The translations under genes were made by a program, and so were the position numbers. From NCBI GenBank assembly GCA_013215275.1, contig JABSRF010000004.1, positions 1 to 52,994 on the forward strand: a DNA stretch of 52,994 nt, given 5' to 3'. The stretch is from Oligoflexales bacterium (lineage in GTDB: Bacteria > Bdellovibrionota_B > Oligoflexia > Oligoflexales > Bog-1112). Shown piece by piece: positions 8,296-17,275 of the stretch (its first letter is position 1; every line of letters starts with the position of its first letter). The notes under the pieces were generated by a model. The model saw nothing but the letters and a program-made list of their open reading frames with translations, ran no database searches and was not told where the DNA came from.

Positions 8296-8692
8296 GATAT
8301 AACACCTGTATTAATGTACCGTTTAAGCTGATAGTTATGAGTAGGTCTTCCTGCTCATAACTTGTTTCCACATTCAATGACTGAGCAATATTGTCTTGAA
8401 CTAACCACATGAGAGCATCTTGTGTGTATGACTGGGCTCGCTCCAATGTGTCTTGATCCTTGGGTGCTCGTTTTAAAAGCCAGAGTTTAGAACCAGTGCT
8501 TACACCGTCTAGCTGGTCGGCCCAATAACCACGCTTGGATAATTCCCAGTCCTTAACTTGCTCTAATTCCTCTTCAGTAGCCCTTGCATCTGTGAAAAGG
8601 CTTATTAGAATTGCGCTTACAAGCTCATCATGTTTGCTATCTGCTTTGGGATCTAAGCGAACCGTTCCATTTTCATAAGTGATAAGGTTCAT
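8288..8692 (-). CDS. Mu gp46-like baseplate protein
   Basis: AILISLFTDARA...RGYWAD...GSKLWLL.R...AL.WL motif. Confidence 0.92.
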   Translation of the reverse strand: MNLITYENGTVRLDPKADSKHDELVSAILISLFTDARATEEELEQVKDWELSKRGYWADQLDGVSTGSKLWLLKRAPKDQDTLERAQSYTQDALMWLVQDNIAQSLNVETSYEQEDLLITISLNGTLIQVLYRG

Positions 8693-8973
8693 TGAATCTG
8701 ACCTTTGCCTGTAGTAGCACCCGTCTTATCACCTGCTTGCAATTCGATTCCCGGCATAACATCAGCGTTTTTCTTGAGGTAGGAGCAAACAGCTTCACCG
8801 ACTGCTTCCCACAAGAGTTCGGTCGGGTCTGGCTTTGGCTCCTCGTCATTTTTCTCCGGAGCGTGTTTTTCCTCTATATTCAGCTTTTCTTTAATCTTGG
8901 ACCAAATTGCTTTGCCCAATTCTTTTCCATCAAGCATTTTTAAACTTCTTAATTTTGGTTTTGGCCTCGGCAA
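8689..8973 (-). CDS. small baseplate-region protein (possible spike tip)
   Basis: Lies between gp45 and gp46 and ends GATTGKGQIQ; likely start MLDGKE at 8937. Confidence 0.55.
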   Translation of the reverse strand: MPRPKPKLRSLKMLDGKELGKAIWSKIKEKLNIEEKHAPEKNDEEPKPDPTELLWEAVGEAVCSYLKKNADVMPGIELQAGDKTGATTGKGQIQ

Positions 8974-9469
8974 ATACCGCTTTAGTTGATAAAGGTTGAG
9001 GGCCTATCATTGTGGATGTCATTGCCATGTCAAGAGCATCAACAACATCATAAAGCACCGATACTAAGTCTATTTTTTCTGGTTCATTCTTATCTTTAGC
9101 GTTGTGAACAATGGAAAGTTTATTTGACTTGATTTCTAGCTTGTTGCCCCGTTTAAAGTGAATGCTATCACCTTCGTCTGTGTATAGAGCAACTTCACCA
9201 TTTTTTAACTTGATTCGGTAACGCTTGTCATCTGTAGCAAGGATTACAAGGGATTGCCTGTTACCAGGACAAACCCCGTATGCTTCAGCATCCTGCAAAG
9301 GCTTTGAGGTGAACCCATAGTGTTGAGCAATGTATGTTTTATCTTTAGGTTCATCAGCTAAAAATGATGCCTGGGCATTGTAATCATCATCAACACTATG
9401 GATTTTTCCGATAGCTAAGACATTTTTAATTCTCCGTATTAAGTTTTCAATTTGTCTTTTCACAAGCAA
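8930..9469 (-). CDS. baseplate spike, Mu gp45-like
   Basis: QHYGFTSKP...DDKRYR...GEVALYTDEG motif. Confidence 0.9.
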   Translation of the reverse strand: MLVKRQIENLIRRIKNVLAIGKIHSVDDDYNAQASFLADEPKDKTYIAQHYGFTSKPLQDAEAYGVCPGNRQSLVILATDDKRYRIKLKNGEVALYTDEGDSIHFKRGNKLEIKSNKLSIVHNAKDKNEPEKIDLVSVLYDVVDALDMAMTSTMIGPQPLSTKAVFAEAKTKIKKFKNA

Positions 9470-9515
9470 GTATCTCCAAAAGTCACTTGCTTAATTTAAA
9501 CCTTAAAACAAAGGA

Positions 9516-9575
9516 TGAAAAGGGGGGTAGGTGCACTTTTTGGCACGTTTGGCACAAACCGGACAGTTTCTTAAA
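9516..9575 (-). promoter_or_regulatory. repeated late-operon upstream element, copy 1
   Basis: 60 bp, 57/60 identical to 21079-21138; contains TTTTTGGCACGTTTGGCACA; lies upstream of gp45. Confidence 0.75.
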
Positions 9576-10653
9576 TTCCGTATCCAAATTTCGTTACATC
9601 AACACCAGATTTACCTTCTTTTTTAATCGGATCAGGTGCGTATGCATCTTGTCTCGTAAAGGAAAGGTTAGTTGTTGTGCCACCTGAATCAAAGTAATAG
9701 TCAATGGATCTTAAAAGAAGAGGTATGTCATACAAGGCAAGCCTGGGTGAGTTGATGTTATAGATTTTATTTGGAAGCCATGGCTTACCATCATAGGTCC
9801 AACCTAGAACAGTAGCGCTAACATCCAATGCTCTGGCTGCTCTTATGTTTACTTCCCAGTTGATTTTTTTCTGTGCTTCTGGCTTTTCTAGCTGAATATC
9901 ACTAACAATTTCTAATGGACGGTAGCGCTTAATACCAGGATCTTTAGCCTTGGCAACAAAGTATTTATTGTCCTTGTCTTGTGCCTTCAGTATGTAGTCG
10001 CTAAAGCGCTCTTCGTCATTGTAGGTGGCAAAGCAGTCTAGGAAGTCATAACCCTCTCTTAGCAGTGGGCCTTTTTTGTCCTTGGTGATTTTAGTCAGAA
10101 GTAGCTTGCCATCTCCCGATGGCTGCAGGATGATTCCAAGCTGCCTCGTTGCTTTTTCTATGGACTCGAAAAGGGTTTCACCTGGGTCGATCTTAAGGGT
10201 TTTGATCCTTGGGCTTTCTCCAAGCTGGTTAACGACCTCGATGCCAAATGGTTTAACAAGTTCGCTAATGATAGCGATAATGCTTTGATTGCCCGTAAAC
10301 TCACGCTTTGAGCCGCTATGAGTGCAGTCTATAAGGTCGCAGGTGTTATCGCGGCCAACTACCTGAATGCTCCTATCATTGGATCTTAGGTCCGGGGCGA
10401 TATAGTCAATGTAGCCGTGGATGAGTGGAGTATTATCTATAAATATCTCTACCTTATCACCTGCTCCAATCGTAAGGGCCTTGGAGGTTTGGACTGCGTT
10501 AAACTCAAAGTTACCCGCTATGGCCTCAAGTTCTTTCCTAACCGTTAGTTCGTTCCAATCTCGGAATATATAACCATTTACCTTGATTATGATTTCACCC
10601 ATAACTTGCAACCTCATCGGAGCGGCTAATATCTTCGAAAAGGTCATAGGCAA
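9571..10653 (-). CDS. baseplate hub, Mu gp44 (gpP)-like
   Basis: GYID...GRDNTCDLIDC...GETLF...ERFSDY...RYRPL...WLPN motifs; likely start MGEII at 10602. Confidence 0.9.
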   Translation of the reverse strand: MPMTFSKILAAPMRLQVMGEIIIKVNGYIFRDWNELTVRKELEAIAGNFEFNAVQTSKALTIGAGDKVEIFIDNTPLIHGYIDYIAPDLRSNDRSIQVVGRDNTCDLIDCTHSGSKREFTGNQSIIAIISELVKPFGIEVVNQLGESPRIKTLKIDPGETLFESIEKATRQLGIILQPSGDGKLLLTKITKDKKGPLLREGYDFLDCFATYNDEERFSDYILKAQDKDNKYFVAKAKDPGIKRYRPLEIVSDIQLEKPEAQKKINWEVNIRAARALDVSATVLGWTYDGKPWLPNKIYNINSPRLALYDIPLLLRSIDYYFDSGGTTTNLSFTRQDAYAPDPIKKEGKSGVDVTKFGYGI

Positions 10654-11692
10654 GGACTAGGCTTGGTACACCTGGTCTTTGTGTTGGCTTCTGTTCTTTG
10701 GTTTTGCCTGCCGCAAGCTGGGAAACCATTGATTGCAGGATTCGAAGTTCATCAGCAAGCTTGGGATCAGCGTTTGGAATTGCATCGGTTGCAGCATTAT
10801 TTATAGCTAATTGATATATCAAATAGCTATACTCTTGGTCGTCCATCCTCTTAGCAAACTGCTTAATCATCAGGATTACAAATACCGATTGTACGAAGTT
10901 TGCCACAGCATTGGAGGCTTTAAGCTCCGTCTGTGCAGCCAGCGGCATTTCAGGTTTTGGCTGGGATACTTCATTTCTAAATGGGTTCTCATAAGGAGCT
11001 TCAAATCCAAACATGTAATCAAGAGCTGAGACTATGTTGTCAGAAAGCTCCTTCGGTGAATTAAGCAGCCTTCCGCCTTCTTCTTTGAGAGCATCCACAG
11101 CATCCCTAACATCCTTGCCAGTGCTGGCAATTCTGCCTAGACCATTCTCGGAAGTGACCATATTAGACACTTTGTTTAGGATCTTTGCGGCTTTTGCCAT
11201 TGCATAAGCTGGCATATCGAGGATGCTTAAGGCTTCCGTAAGCTGCAATGCTGCTGTATTTAAGGCTTCATCAACTTTTTTGAGTACATCAAGAACATCG
11301 AGGCCCGGTATCAGAGATTTATCTTCGACCTCGACCTCTACAAATTCCATAGAAAATTGGATTTTTCCAACCTTGTTTAGGGTTTCTCTGATCCGAAACG
11401 ACTTGCACTTGGCATTGATATAACCGATCTGAGGGTGGAGAAGCTTGCCAGGAGTGCGTTTTCTGCAAGCAGCAATGAGTAAATCCTTGGTGTAGGATGC
11501 ATCAGGGCCAATTAAGAAAGCCTCAACAGGGAGGATCTCGGGTTCCTCGGAAAGCTCCTCAGCGTAGGCCTTTCGCTTGGTTCCTGGGAATACATGCATC
11601 TTATAGTTAAAGCCGACTTTGCGTTCAACTGATTCAACATGGAATTTAATTCCCCGAAACGAGGCTCTTTGTAACAAATCTTTAAAGCTCAT
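10595..11692 (-). CDS. Mu gpN-like DNA circularization protein
   Basis: LQRASFRGIKF...G.L.HP..G...F.MEFVE N-terminus and PSLVLAYDLFED C-terminus. Confidence 0.9.
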   Translation of the reverse strand: MSFKDLLQRASFRGIKFHVESVERKVGFNYKMHVFPGTKRKAYAEELSEEPEILPVEAFLIGPDASYTKDLLIAACRKRTPGKLLHPQIGYINAKCKSFRIRETLNKVGKIQFSMEFVEVEVEDKSLIPGLDVLDVLKKVDEALNTAALQLTEALSILDMPAYAMAKAAKILNKVSNMVTSENGLGRIASTGKDVRDAVDALKEEGGRLLNSPKELSDNIVSALDYMFGFEAPYENPFRNEVSQPKPEMPLAAQTELKASNAVANFVQSVFVILMIKQFAKRMDDQEYSYLIYQLAINNAATDAIPNADPKLADELRILQSMVSQLAAGKTKEQKPTQRPGVPSLVLAYDLFEDISRSDEVASYG

Positions 11693-13842
11693 CCATTCAC
11701 CATAATTCTGCCTGTATCGACGGTAGCCGTTGACCTAGAGCGGTTTCGAACCTCTACCCTGGTATTCCTATCTGCTCCATCAAGCTTGATATTTACGTCT
11801 AGCTGTTGTTTCTCATTAATCGTCGTTTTCTGGATTAACTCTTGTTTAAACGATGCAAAGTCGAATCCTTCCCTTAAAACTTTAGGATCAAACTCCTCAT
11901 CGTCTTCTAGGATTGGATCAAAAACATCCTTAAAACCTCTGGTAATTGCATCAGGAGTCCATTTAATAGGAGGCAATCCACCAGTCTGTTGGCTCCAATC
12001 TAAGAACTTGATAGGCTCCCACATGGGTACATTTTGCAAGGGACTAAGCTGCTTTTCTGGCTGCGAAGCCTCAATGACATTTGAGATCCAGGTAACATTG
12101 TTTGCTTCATCAGCCCCAAAGCTTAAGCGCTGATTGTCTTTGTACTGCTGGTAAGCATCAAGCTTCCTTTGGTGCTGAGCGCTAGGTAAGTCGGGAGCTT
12201 CAATTTTTATCGTTGGTATCTTTAGTGGTTTAGTTCCAAGTAAGAAACCAAAGCCACTGTTTTGAATCACATTGATAACTTCATTCACTACCTCGATGGC
12301 AACATTTAGCAAGGAATACAAGCCTTTTTTGACATTGTATGGGATCAGGTATGCAAAATCGGCTGCTGCAAGCATAAGCCAATCCAAACCTTTTTTAAAA
12401 CGCTCGGTATTGTTGAAAGCCCACCAGATACCATAAGCAAGGCCCGCTACAGCTAGGGTTCCAAGAACAATCAAAGAGCCTGTGGTCAATAATGCAAGGT
12501 TCGTTAGCCCTAACATGACGGTGAATTTTTTTAGCATATGGAACATGACGCCTAGGCCATAGGCAACTGGACCAAACACCATAGCAACGCCGCCTAGAGC
12601 AAGTGTAAAGGTTAGGGTTGAGTTGCTTGCACTTGTGATGTCAGACAAGAAGTATCCTAAAGACCTCATCGAGGCGTTGATGACCTTTAAAAATCCAGTA
12701 TCCCCAAGCTTGACCATTAAGCCTTCAAGGGCACTGATTAGTAGCTTAAAAGCTCCACCCGTTCCAGACATATACATTTTAGCTATGATTTTTGTTAGGC
12801 CATCTGCGTTGTACTTAATACCTTCTAAGTACCCGTTAAGCTTTTCAAAATTGTCACTCAGGCCTACGATATACTTGCCTGCATCTTGTCCGAATATCTT
12901 TTGATAATCTGATAACTGGGCACCATGCTCATCGAGGAGCTTGATGAAATCTTGGAATTTTACCTTGAACCTTCCTGTAGATTTATCAAGAAACTCATCG
13001 TGATAGATTCCAAGCTTTGCGAGGGTTTTGGTTACTTCATTGGCTTTATCAGCTGAGGTGAATTTGGTTATACGGGACAAAGCACCAGCTAAGGCTACAC
13101 CTGCAGTTTCCCCTTTGTGGCCCGCATCTGCTAAGGCCATCATGCTTGCGGTGATATCCTCAAAGCTCACGCCTGCTTTAACTGCTACGCCCCCAACTTT
13201 TGCTAATCCGTTGTGTAGCTCCGTTAGGGTGGTGTTTGAGTTAGTGAAGGCATAGGTCAGCTTGTCGGATACCTCGGACATTTGACCTGCCTTTTTTCCA
13301 AAAGCAGTTAGGATGTTAGATGCATAGTCGGAAGCCTCTCCGAGCTCCAATTGGCTAGCGGCTGCTAGGTCCATAACACCTGGAATTGCCTTGATAATTT
13401 CCTTAGACTTAAAACCCGCCATGCCTAGAAAGCTCATTCCCTCTGCTGCTTCTTTGGCTGAAAACTGAGTCGTAGCACCAAGGGATTTAGCAAGGTTTCG
13501 CATTCGAAGGAATTCTTCAGAGGTGGAGCCGGTTAGGGCTTTTACCTTAATCATCCCCGTTTCAAAGTCGGTGGCAACCTTTGCGGTTGCTGCACCTGCA
13601 AGTGTCAGTGGAGCTGTAATGCCTAGGGTGGCGTTTTCTCCAAGCTTTTTGTACTTGTTTCCAATTCGATTCAACCTTGAAACAATAGGTTTTAATGCTC
13701 GTTCGTTAGCTCTTAGCTTATTATTAAGCCTATCAATAGGCTGCATAAGTTTCTGAAAACGAGCTGACAGCCTACGCAAAGAAGCAGTTGCCTCCTTTTC
13801 GCGGGCTGATATTTGGAAAACTATTTTCTTACGTCTTGGCAT
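11689..13842 (-). CDS. tail tape measure protein (TP901 family)
   Basis: A.DFE..M.KV.A...A..LG.TTQFSA.EAA..M..L..AGF core; Ala/Gly-rich; 717 aa. Confidence 0.95.
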   Translation of the reverse strand: MPRRKKIVFQISAREKEATASLRRLSARFQKLMQPIDRLNNKLRANERALKPIVSRLNRIGNKYKKLGENATLGITAPLTLAGAATAKVATDFETGMIKVKALTGSTSEEFLRMRNLAKSLGATTQFSAKEAAEGMSFLGMAGFKSKEIIKAIPGVMDLAAASQLELGEASDYASNILTAFGKKAGQMSEVSDKLTYAFTNSNTTLTELHNGLAKVGGVAVKAGVSFEDITASMMALADAGHKGETAGVALAGALSRITKFTSADKANEVTKTLAKLGIYHDEFLDKSTGRFKVKFQDFIKLLDEHGAQLSDYQKIFGQDAGKYIVGLSDNFEKLNGYLEGIKYNADGLTKIIAKMYMSGTGGAFKLLISALEGLMVKLGDTGFLKVINASMRSLGYFLSDITSASNSTLTFTLALGGVAMVFGPVAYGLGVMFHMLKKFTVMLGLTNLALLTTGSLIVLGTLAVAGLAYGIWWAFNNTERFKKGLDWLMLAAADFAYLIPYNVKKGLYSLLNVAIEVVNEVINVIQNSGFGFLLGTKPLKIPTIKIEAPDLPSAQHQRKLDAYQQYKDNQRLSFGADEANNVTWISNVIEASQPEKQLSPLQNVPMWEPIKFLDWSQQTGGLPPIKWTPDAITRGFKDVFDPILEDDEEFDPKVLREGFDFASFKQELIQKTTINEKQQLDVNIKLDGADRNTRVEVRNRSRSTATVDTGRIMVNG

Positions 13843-13987
13843 TGAAAAACTCGTTTGCTTGTTTTGCTCGATCTAACCAGTATTCTAGCTCGACTTGACT
13901 CATATTCATGAGCTTGTCAGGGTCAACATGGAATAAATAGGCTATGATGGCATGAGCCGATTCATAGTCTAAATTCCATCTTCGAGC
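13829..13987 (-). CDS. -1 frameshift extension of the tail assembly chaperone (P2 gpE'-like)
   Basis: TTTTTTG slippery site at 13987-13993 (minus strand). The -1 frame reads ARRWNLDYESAHAIIAYLFHVDPDKLMNMSQVELEYWLDRAKQANEFFNAKT*, matching the gpE' pattern IA..FH..P..L..M...EL..W..RA. Confidence 0.85.
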   Translation of the reverse strand, partial: ARRWNLDYESAHAIIAYLFHVDPDKLMNMSQVELEYWLDRAKQANEFFNAKT

Positions 13988-14271
13988 AAAAAACTTACTC
14001 GGTTCACCAGCTCGACCGCATCCTTCTTGGATAAGCAGTCAATCACTCTTCTTGGTTGCTCCACAAGCTTTTGGCCTATATCAAGGAAATCACCGAAAGT
14101 CATTTCACCACCAAGCTTGATAGTTCTCATTTCCTTACAGGTTAGATCCCTTAGCTTGAATGACTCGATATAGTCTTTGCCAAACTTGATTGGCTTCTCT
14201 AGCTCCATGAAATAAGGGTCAAACTCAATTTCCATTTCTTCGTCTACTTGTACTTTAACTTGGTTTGTCAT
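13969..14271 (-). CDS. tail assembly chaperone (Mu gp41 / P2 gpE-like)
   Basis: Lies between tube and tape measure; L.KPI.....I....LR motif; likely start MTNQV at 14271 (track start 14298). Confidence 0.8.
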   Translation of the reverse strand: MTNQVKVQVDEEMEIEFDPYFMELEKPIKFGKDYIESFKLRDLTCKEMRTIKLGGEMTFGDFLDIGQKLVEQPRRVIDCLSKKDAVELVNRVSFLLEDGI

Positions 14272-14626
14272 TTTTAATGTCAGCTCCCATTCCTTCAAAT
14301 CGGACTTTTAAGCGTCCTTTAGTTGTATTTTCACCCTCCCCACAGAAGTAGGCAGAATATAAGAAAAATGTTTTACCGTTGTATAACTCTAGTGTGATGG
14401 TTGCATCTTCAGTATCAAGCAATTCTTCAACATCTAGGCTTTCAATGTCGTAGATCTCACCATCCACATAAGGGACCTGGGCCTCTGCTGAAAAGCCAGC
14501 TACCCCAAGGGCTCCGTTTTTTTCGGCTTGGCGCTTAGGTTTCCCTAGATTAAATGTGAACTCCCCCTCTGTTGTTACCAGGGGTTTGTTATCTTTTTTT
14601 AAATAAAATATGCCTCCAATTTTCAT
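14255..14626 (-). CDS. tail tube protein (Mu gpM-like)
   Basis: TFNLG.PKR...G...PYVDG...T.TLEL.NGK...G.LKVRFEG; follows the sheath gene. Confidence 0.88.
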   Translation of the reverse strand: MKIGGIFYLKKDNKPLVTTEGEFTFNLGKPKRQAEKNGALGVAGFSAEAQVPYVDGEIYDIESLDVEELLDTEDATITLELYNGKTFFLYSAYFCGEGENTTKGRLKVRFEGMGADIKNDKPS

Positions 14627-14636
14627 TGATCACCTC

Positions 14637-16115
14637 TTATGGAGTAAATGCTATGGTTGTTATAGTTCGCCTGAGTTGCCCCATAAGCTGAACGGGAAGG
14701 AAAAACCTCAAGGATTCACCATCGTTTTCATCCACCCGGACATTGATTAGATTTTTAAAGCTTCCGTCTGGGTCTTGGACGTACTTTTCTTGTTTCCAAC
14801 GGTTATGCCTAGCAATAGCAAGGTCCCTAGCTGACTTGGGCGTAACAATATCGCCATCTGCCTGGGTGTTATCCCTTGATAATCCGCTGCGTGGGAACAT
14901 GGTTTTAAGGAACTTCACAAAATCATAACGAAGATAGCTTAGGATCTGCTTTTTGTTTAAATCCCTGTAGGACTTGTCCTTTGAATGCATTGTGACCAAG
15001 CGATCAATCTTTGCTTTGCCGCTTTCGACAATGTGAGTGCTAATTCCGGCTGCTAAAAGCTGGTTTCGCTCGCTAAGCTTGTACTCTGCTTTTGGCAAAG
15101 CATCGGGAACGTCCAATGGCAAAGGGATTTCCAAGGATGAGTAGGGAAGGTATGGCTTACTCACATACTTGGCATTTACAGCTGCAAGGCTTGCAGCCCA
15201 TACCGCCGGGTCAAGCTGGGAATCACCAATGGCCAGGACCGTAACATGGGGTAACTCATTGAGATTGCTATATGTAGTTTTGATTCCGGTCACCTTTCCA
15301 GATACAGCCGTGAAGTAATGACCATCCATCTGAAGGGTTGGGCCCCAACGCTTTTCAAGCTCTTTGTTGATCTTCTTTAGGTCAGCTACGCTGTTAAATT
15401 CTGCTGCTATCTGGGTGAACTGCATCTCTGGCAATTCATCGATGGCTTGCTGAATGCTTTTGGTGGAGATATGACCTCTTCTAAATGCCGTTCTTTCTAC
15501 CTTAAAACCTGGTACTTTTAACTCAATTCCTAGCGAAAGCTGGTTTGAATTATGAACAATATTTTTGTGTGTTAAGGTTAAAGTAGCCCCTCTTAAATTG
15601 ACATCATAGTGAAGGTCCTGGTTAGCATCGAGCGCTTCCTTTAACCTCTGGCTTAGTATCTCTAGGGTCTTTTCATGGTAGTTACCATCTTCTGACTTAA
15701 ACTCGGACTCCTCGTACTTAACAATGATTGGATCTAGGCCACAAATGCCTAGTACTAGCTCACCTTTCCCTGGGTTTTCCTCAGATTTAGAAAAAGTAAA
15801 TTCCCATGAAGGCTTGGTAGAATCCATGTCAGTGATCGCTAAAGCGTAGCATTCCACCATCGGATTAGCTTCAAAGACAGCCTCTAGCATTTTTACTATT
15901 TGCGATTCGCTGTTAGGATAAATATCAGCAATTCTTGATAAAGACGTCACTTGTTGGAGTCCCTCTTTTGGGACTTCATTTTTGTTGGGCTTGTATCTTC
16001 CTATGACAAGCAACCTCTGTGCTTGCTTGTTTAGTGCGCCCTTGGATGGATTGTAAACCATTCCTGCAAAGTGATAAGGCGCTAGTCCATCTTGGACTGT
16101 GATTTCGCTAGGCAT
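14637..16115 (-). CDS. contractile tail sheath protein (Mu gpL-like)
   Basis: L.KRWGP..Q.DG, ERNQLL.AGIST, LSYLRYDF, IVTP motifs; 492 aa. Confidence 0.88.
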   Translation of the reverse strand: MPSEITVQDGLAPYHFAGMVYNPSKGALNKQAQRLLVIGRYKPNKNEVPKEGLQQVTSLSRIADIYPNSESQIVKMLEAVFEANPMVECYALAITDMDSTKPSWEFTFSKSEENPGKGELVLGICGLDPIIVKYEESEFKSEDGNYHEKTLEILSQRLKEALDANQDLHYDVNLRGATLTLTHKNIVHNSNQLSLGIELKVPGFKVERTAFRRGHISTKSIQQAIDELPEMQFTQIAAEFNSVADLKKINKELEKRWGPTLQMDGHYFTAVSGKVTGIKTTYSNLNELPHVTVLAIGDSQLDPAVWAASLAAVNAKYVSKPYLPYSSLEIPLPLDVPDALPKAEYKLSERNQLLAAGISTHIVESGKAKIDRLVTMHSKDKSYRDLNKKQILSYLRYDFVKFLKTMFPRSGLSRDNTQADGDIVTPKSARDLAIARHNRWKQEKYVQDPDGSFKNLINVRVDENDGESLRFFLPVQLMGQLRRTITTIAFTP

Positions 16116-16584
16116 CCATGCCTCCTATCTGAATTCCTTTAAATTTTGGTAAATTTGGATCTGCTTTCGGGGTTTTTTGTTTGATATAGGTTCCTTCATA
16201 AGTAAGCCTGATAAAGCCTATGGTGCGCTTGGACTCATAAACAGCATCAGACTCAGTTTTCATAAGAACCAATGAGCTAGTAAGGTTTCCAAAGGTTTCA
16301 TCTTTTTCCACCTGGGTTTCGATCTCTTCTGCTAGGTCATCCAAGGCATCATAGATATCTTCTTTGTCTGCCTGGGTTGCAGCATCGATAATGACCTGCA
16401 GGTTATGACCTGTGGACCTGATGGAATTAGAAAGCAATTCACTATCATCTACAGGCGTAATCACCTCGATAAATGGGTACTGCTGCCCGTATTGCAAGGG
16501 ATTGACATTGATTTTTTCCCCTGCACTGGTCTGGTTAAGCAGGCGTTCTTTTATTCTTTTTCTAAGCTCTTTTCTAAGCTGCAT
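16108..16584 (-). CDS. putative tail terminator / tail completion protein
   Basis: Position before the sheath; D.LDDLAEEIE..V motif. Confidence 0.65.
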   Translation of the reverse strand: MQLRKELRKRIKERLLNQTSAGEKINVNPLQYGQQYPFIEVITPVDDSELLSNSIRSTGHNLQVIIDAATQADKEDIYDALDDLAEEIETQVEKDETFGNLTSSLVLMKTESDAVYESKRTIGFIRLTYEGTYIKQKTPKADPNLPKFKGIQIGGMDA

Positions 16585-16895
16585 TATCCTTCCTTTTGAA
16601 GCTCAAACACGAAACCACCGAAACCATCTGGAATAGCCTCCTCTGTTCGGTAAAGCTCACCCCTGATTCTGACCTGATCCCCAACCTTGATTTTTCTGTC
16701 TTGGGGCCGGTATTTGAAATGGGGCTGGGTAGTGTTAACCCTCGACCGGCTAAAGTCGGGGCCAACTTCCATGCTTTCATCTCTGAAGATGGCTTCAACA
16801 GGGAAGCCCTCACCCTCGCGGGGTAAGACTTCGATGGTTTCACCAAAGACCGAAAGCAGGCTATTCCAAGAGATGTCAACAAGGTGCTGCTGCAA
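16584..16895 (-). CDS. head-tail joining protein (lambda gpFII-like)
   Basis: FGE...V.AIF...GDQVRIRG..Y...PDG.G...LQ pattern. Confidence 0.7.
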   Translation of the reverse strand: MQQHLVDISWNSLLSVFGETIEVLPREGEGFPVEAIFRDESMEVGPDFSRSRVNTTQPHFKYRPQDRKIKVGDQVRIRGELYRTEEAIPDGFGGFVFELQKEG

Positions 16896-17271
16896 GTTTC
16901 ACCTGTGCTTTCTTGTCACCTGTTGCAGCATCCTTTACAAAGACACCGACTAAAGGATGATTCACGGTTTGAGTGTTAGTCGTTGGATTTCCATCACCAT
17001 CAGGCTGGCCCTCAACCACCACATCGTGGCTTTGATTGGTTGTTAAAAGCCCCGCCTCTTCGTGGTAATAAGCCTTAGAGCCTGTGGGCACTTCCAGTGC
17101 TTCTTTTGCAAGTTCAAAGACTCCCTGAGTATCAATGGTTACTTCTTCACCTTGCAAGGCATCCACAATAGCTACTCCAAATAAGCTCTTTAAGACCACC
17201 AGTTGCCCTGAAACCACATTATATGGAGCACTTATAGTTAGTTTGTTTCCGGCTTGTACGTAATTTTTCAT
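16876..17271 (-). CDS. DUF2190 capsid cement / decoration protein
   Basis: MKNYVQAG..LT...V.SG..V....FGVA...GVFELAK signature right after the capsid gene. Confidence 0.9.
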   Translation of the reverse strand: MKNYVQAGNKLTISAPYNVVSGQLVVLKSLFGVAIVDALQGEEVTIDTQGVFELAKEALEVPTGSKAYYHEEAGLLTTNQSHDVVVEGQPDGDGNPTTNTQTVNHPLVGVFVKDAATGDKKAQVKLAAAPC

Positions 17272-17275
17272 CTGT

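Noticed and set aside
9541-9560. TGGCACG as a sigma-54 -24 box
   Set aside because: No TTGC -12 element at the required spacing, and in two of three copies it points away from the adjacent late genes; better explained as a direct repeat.
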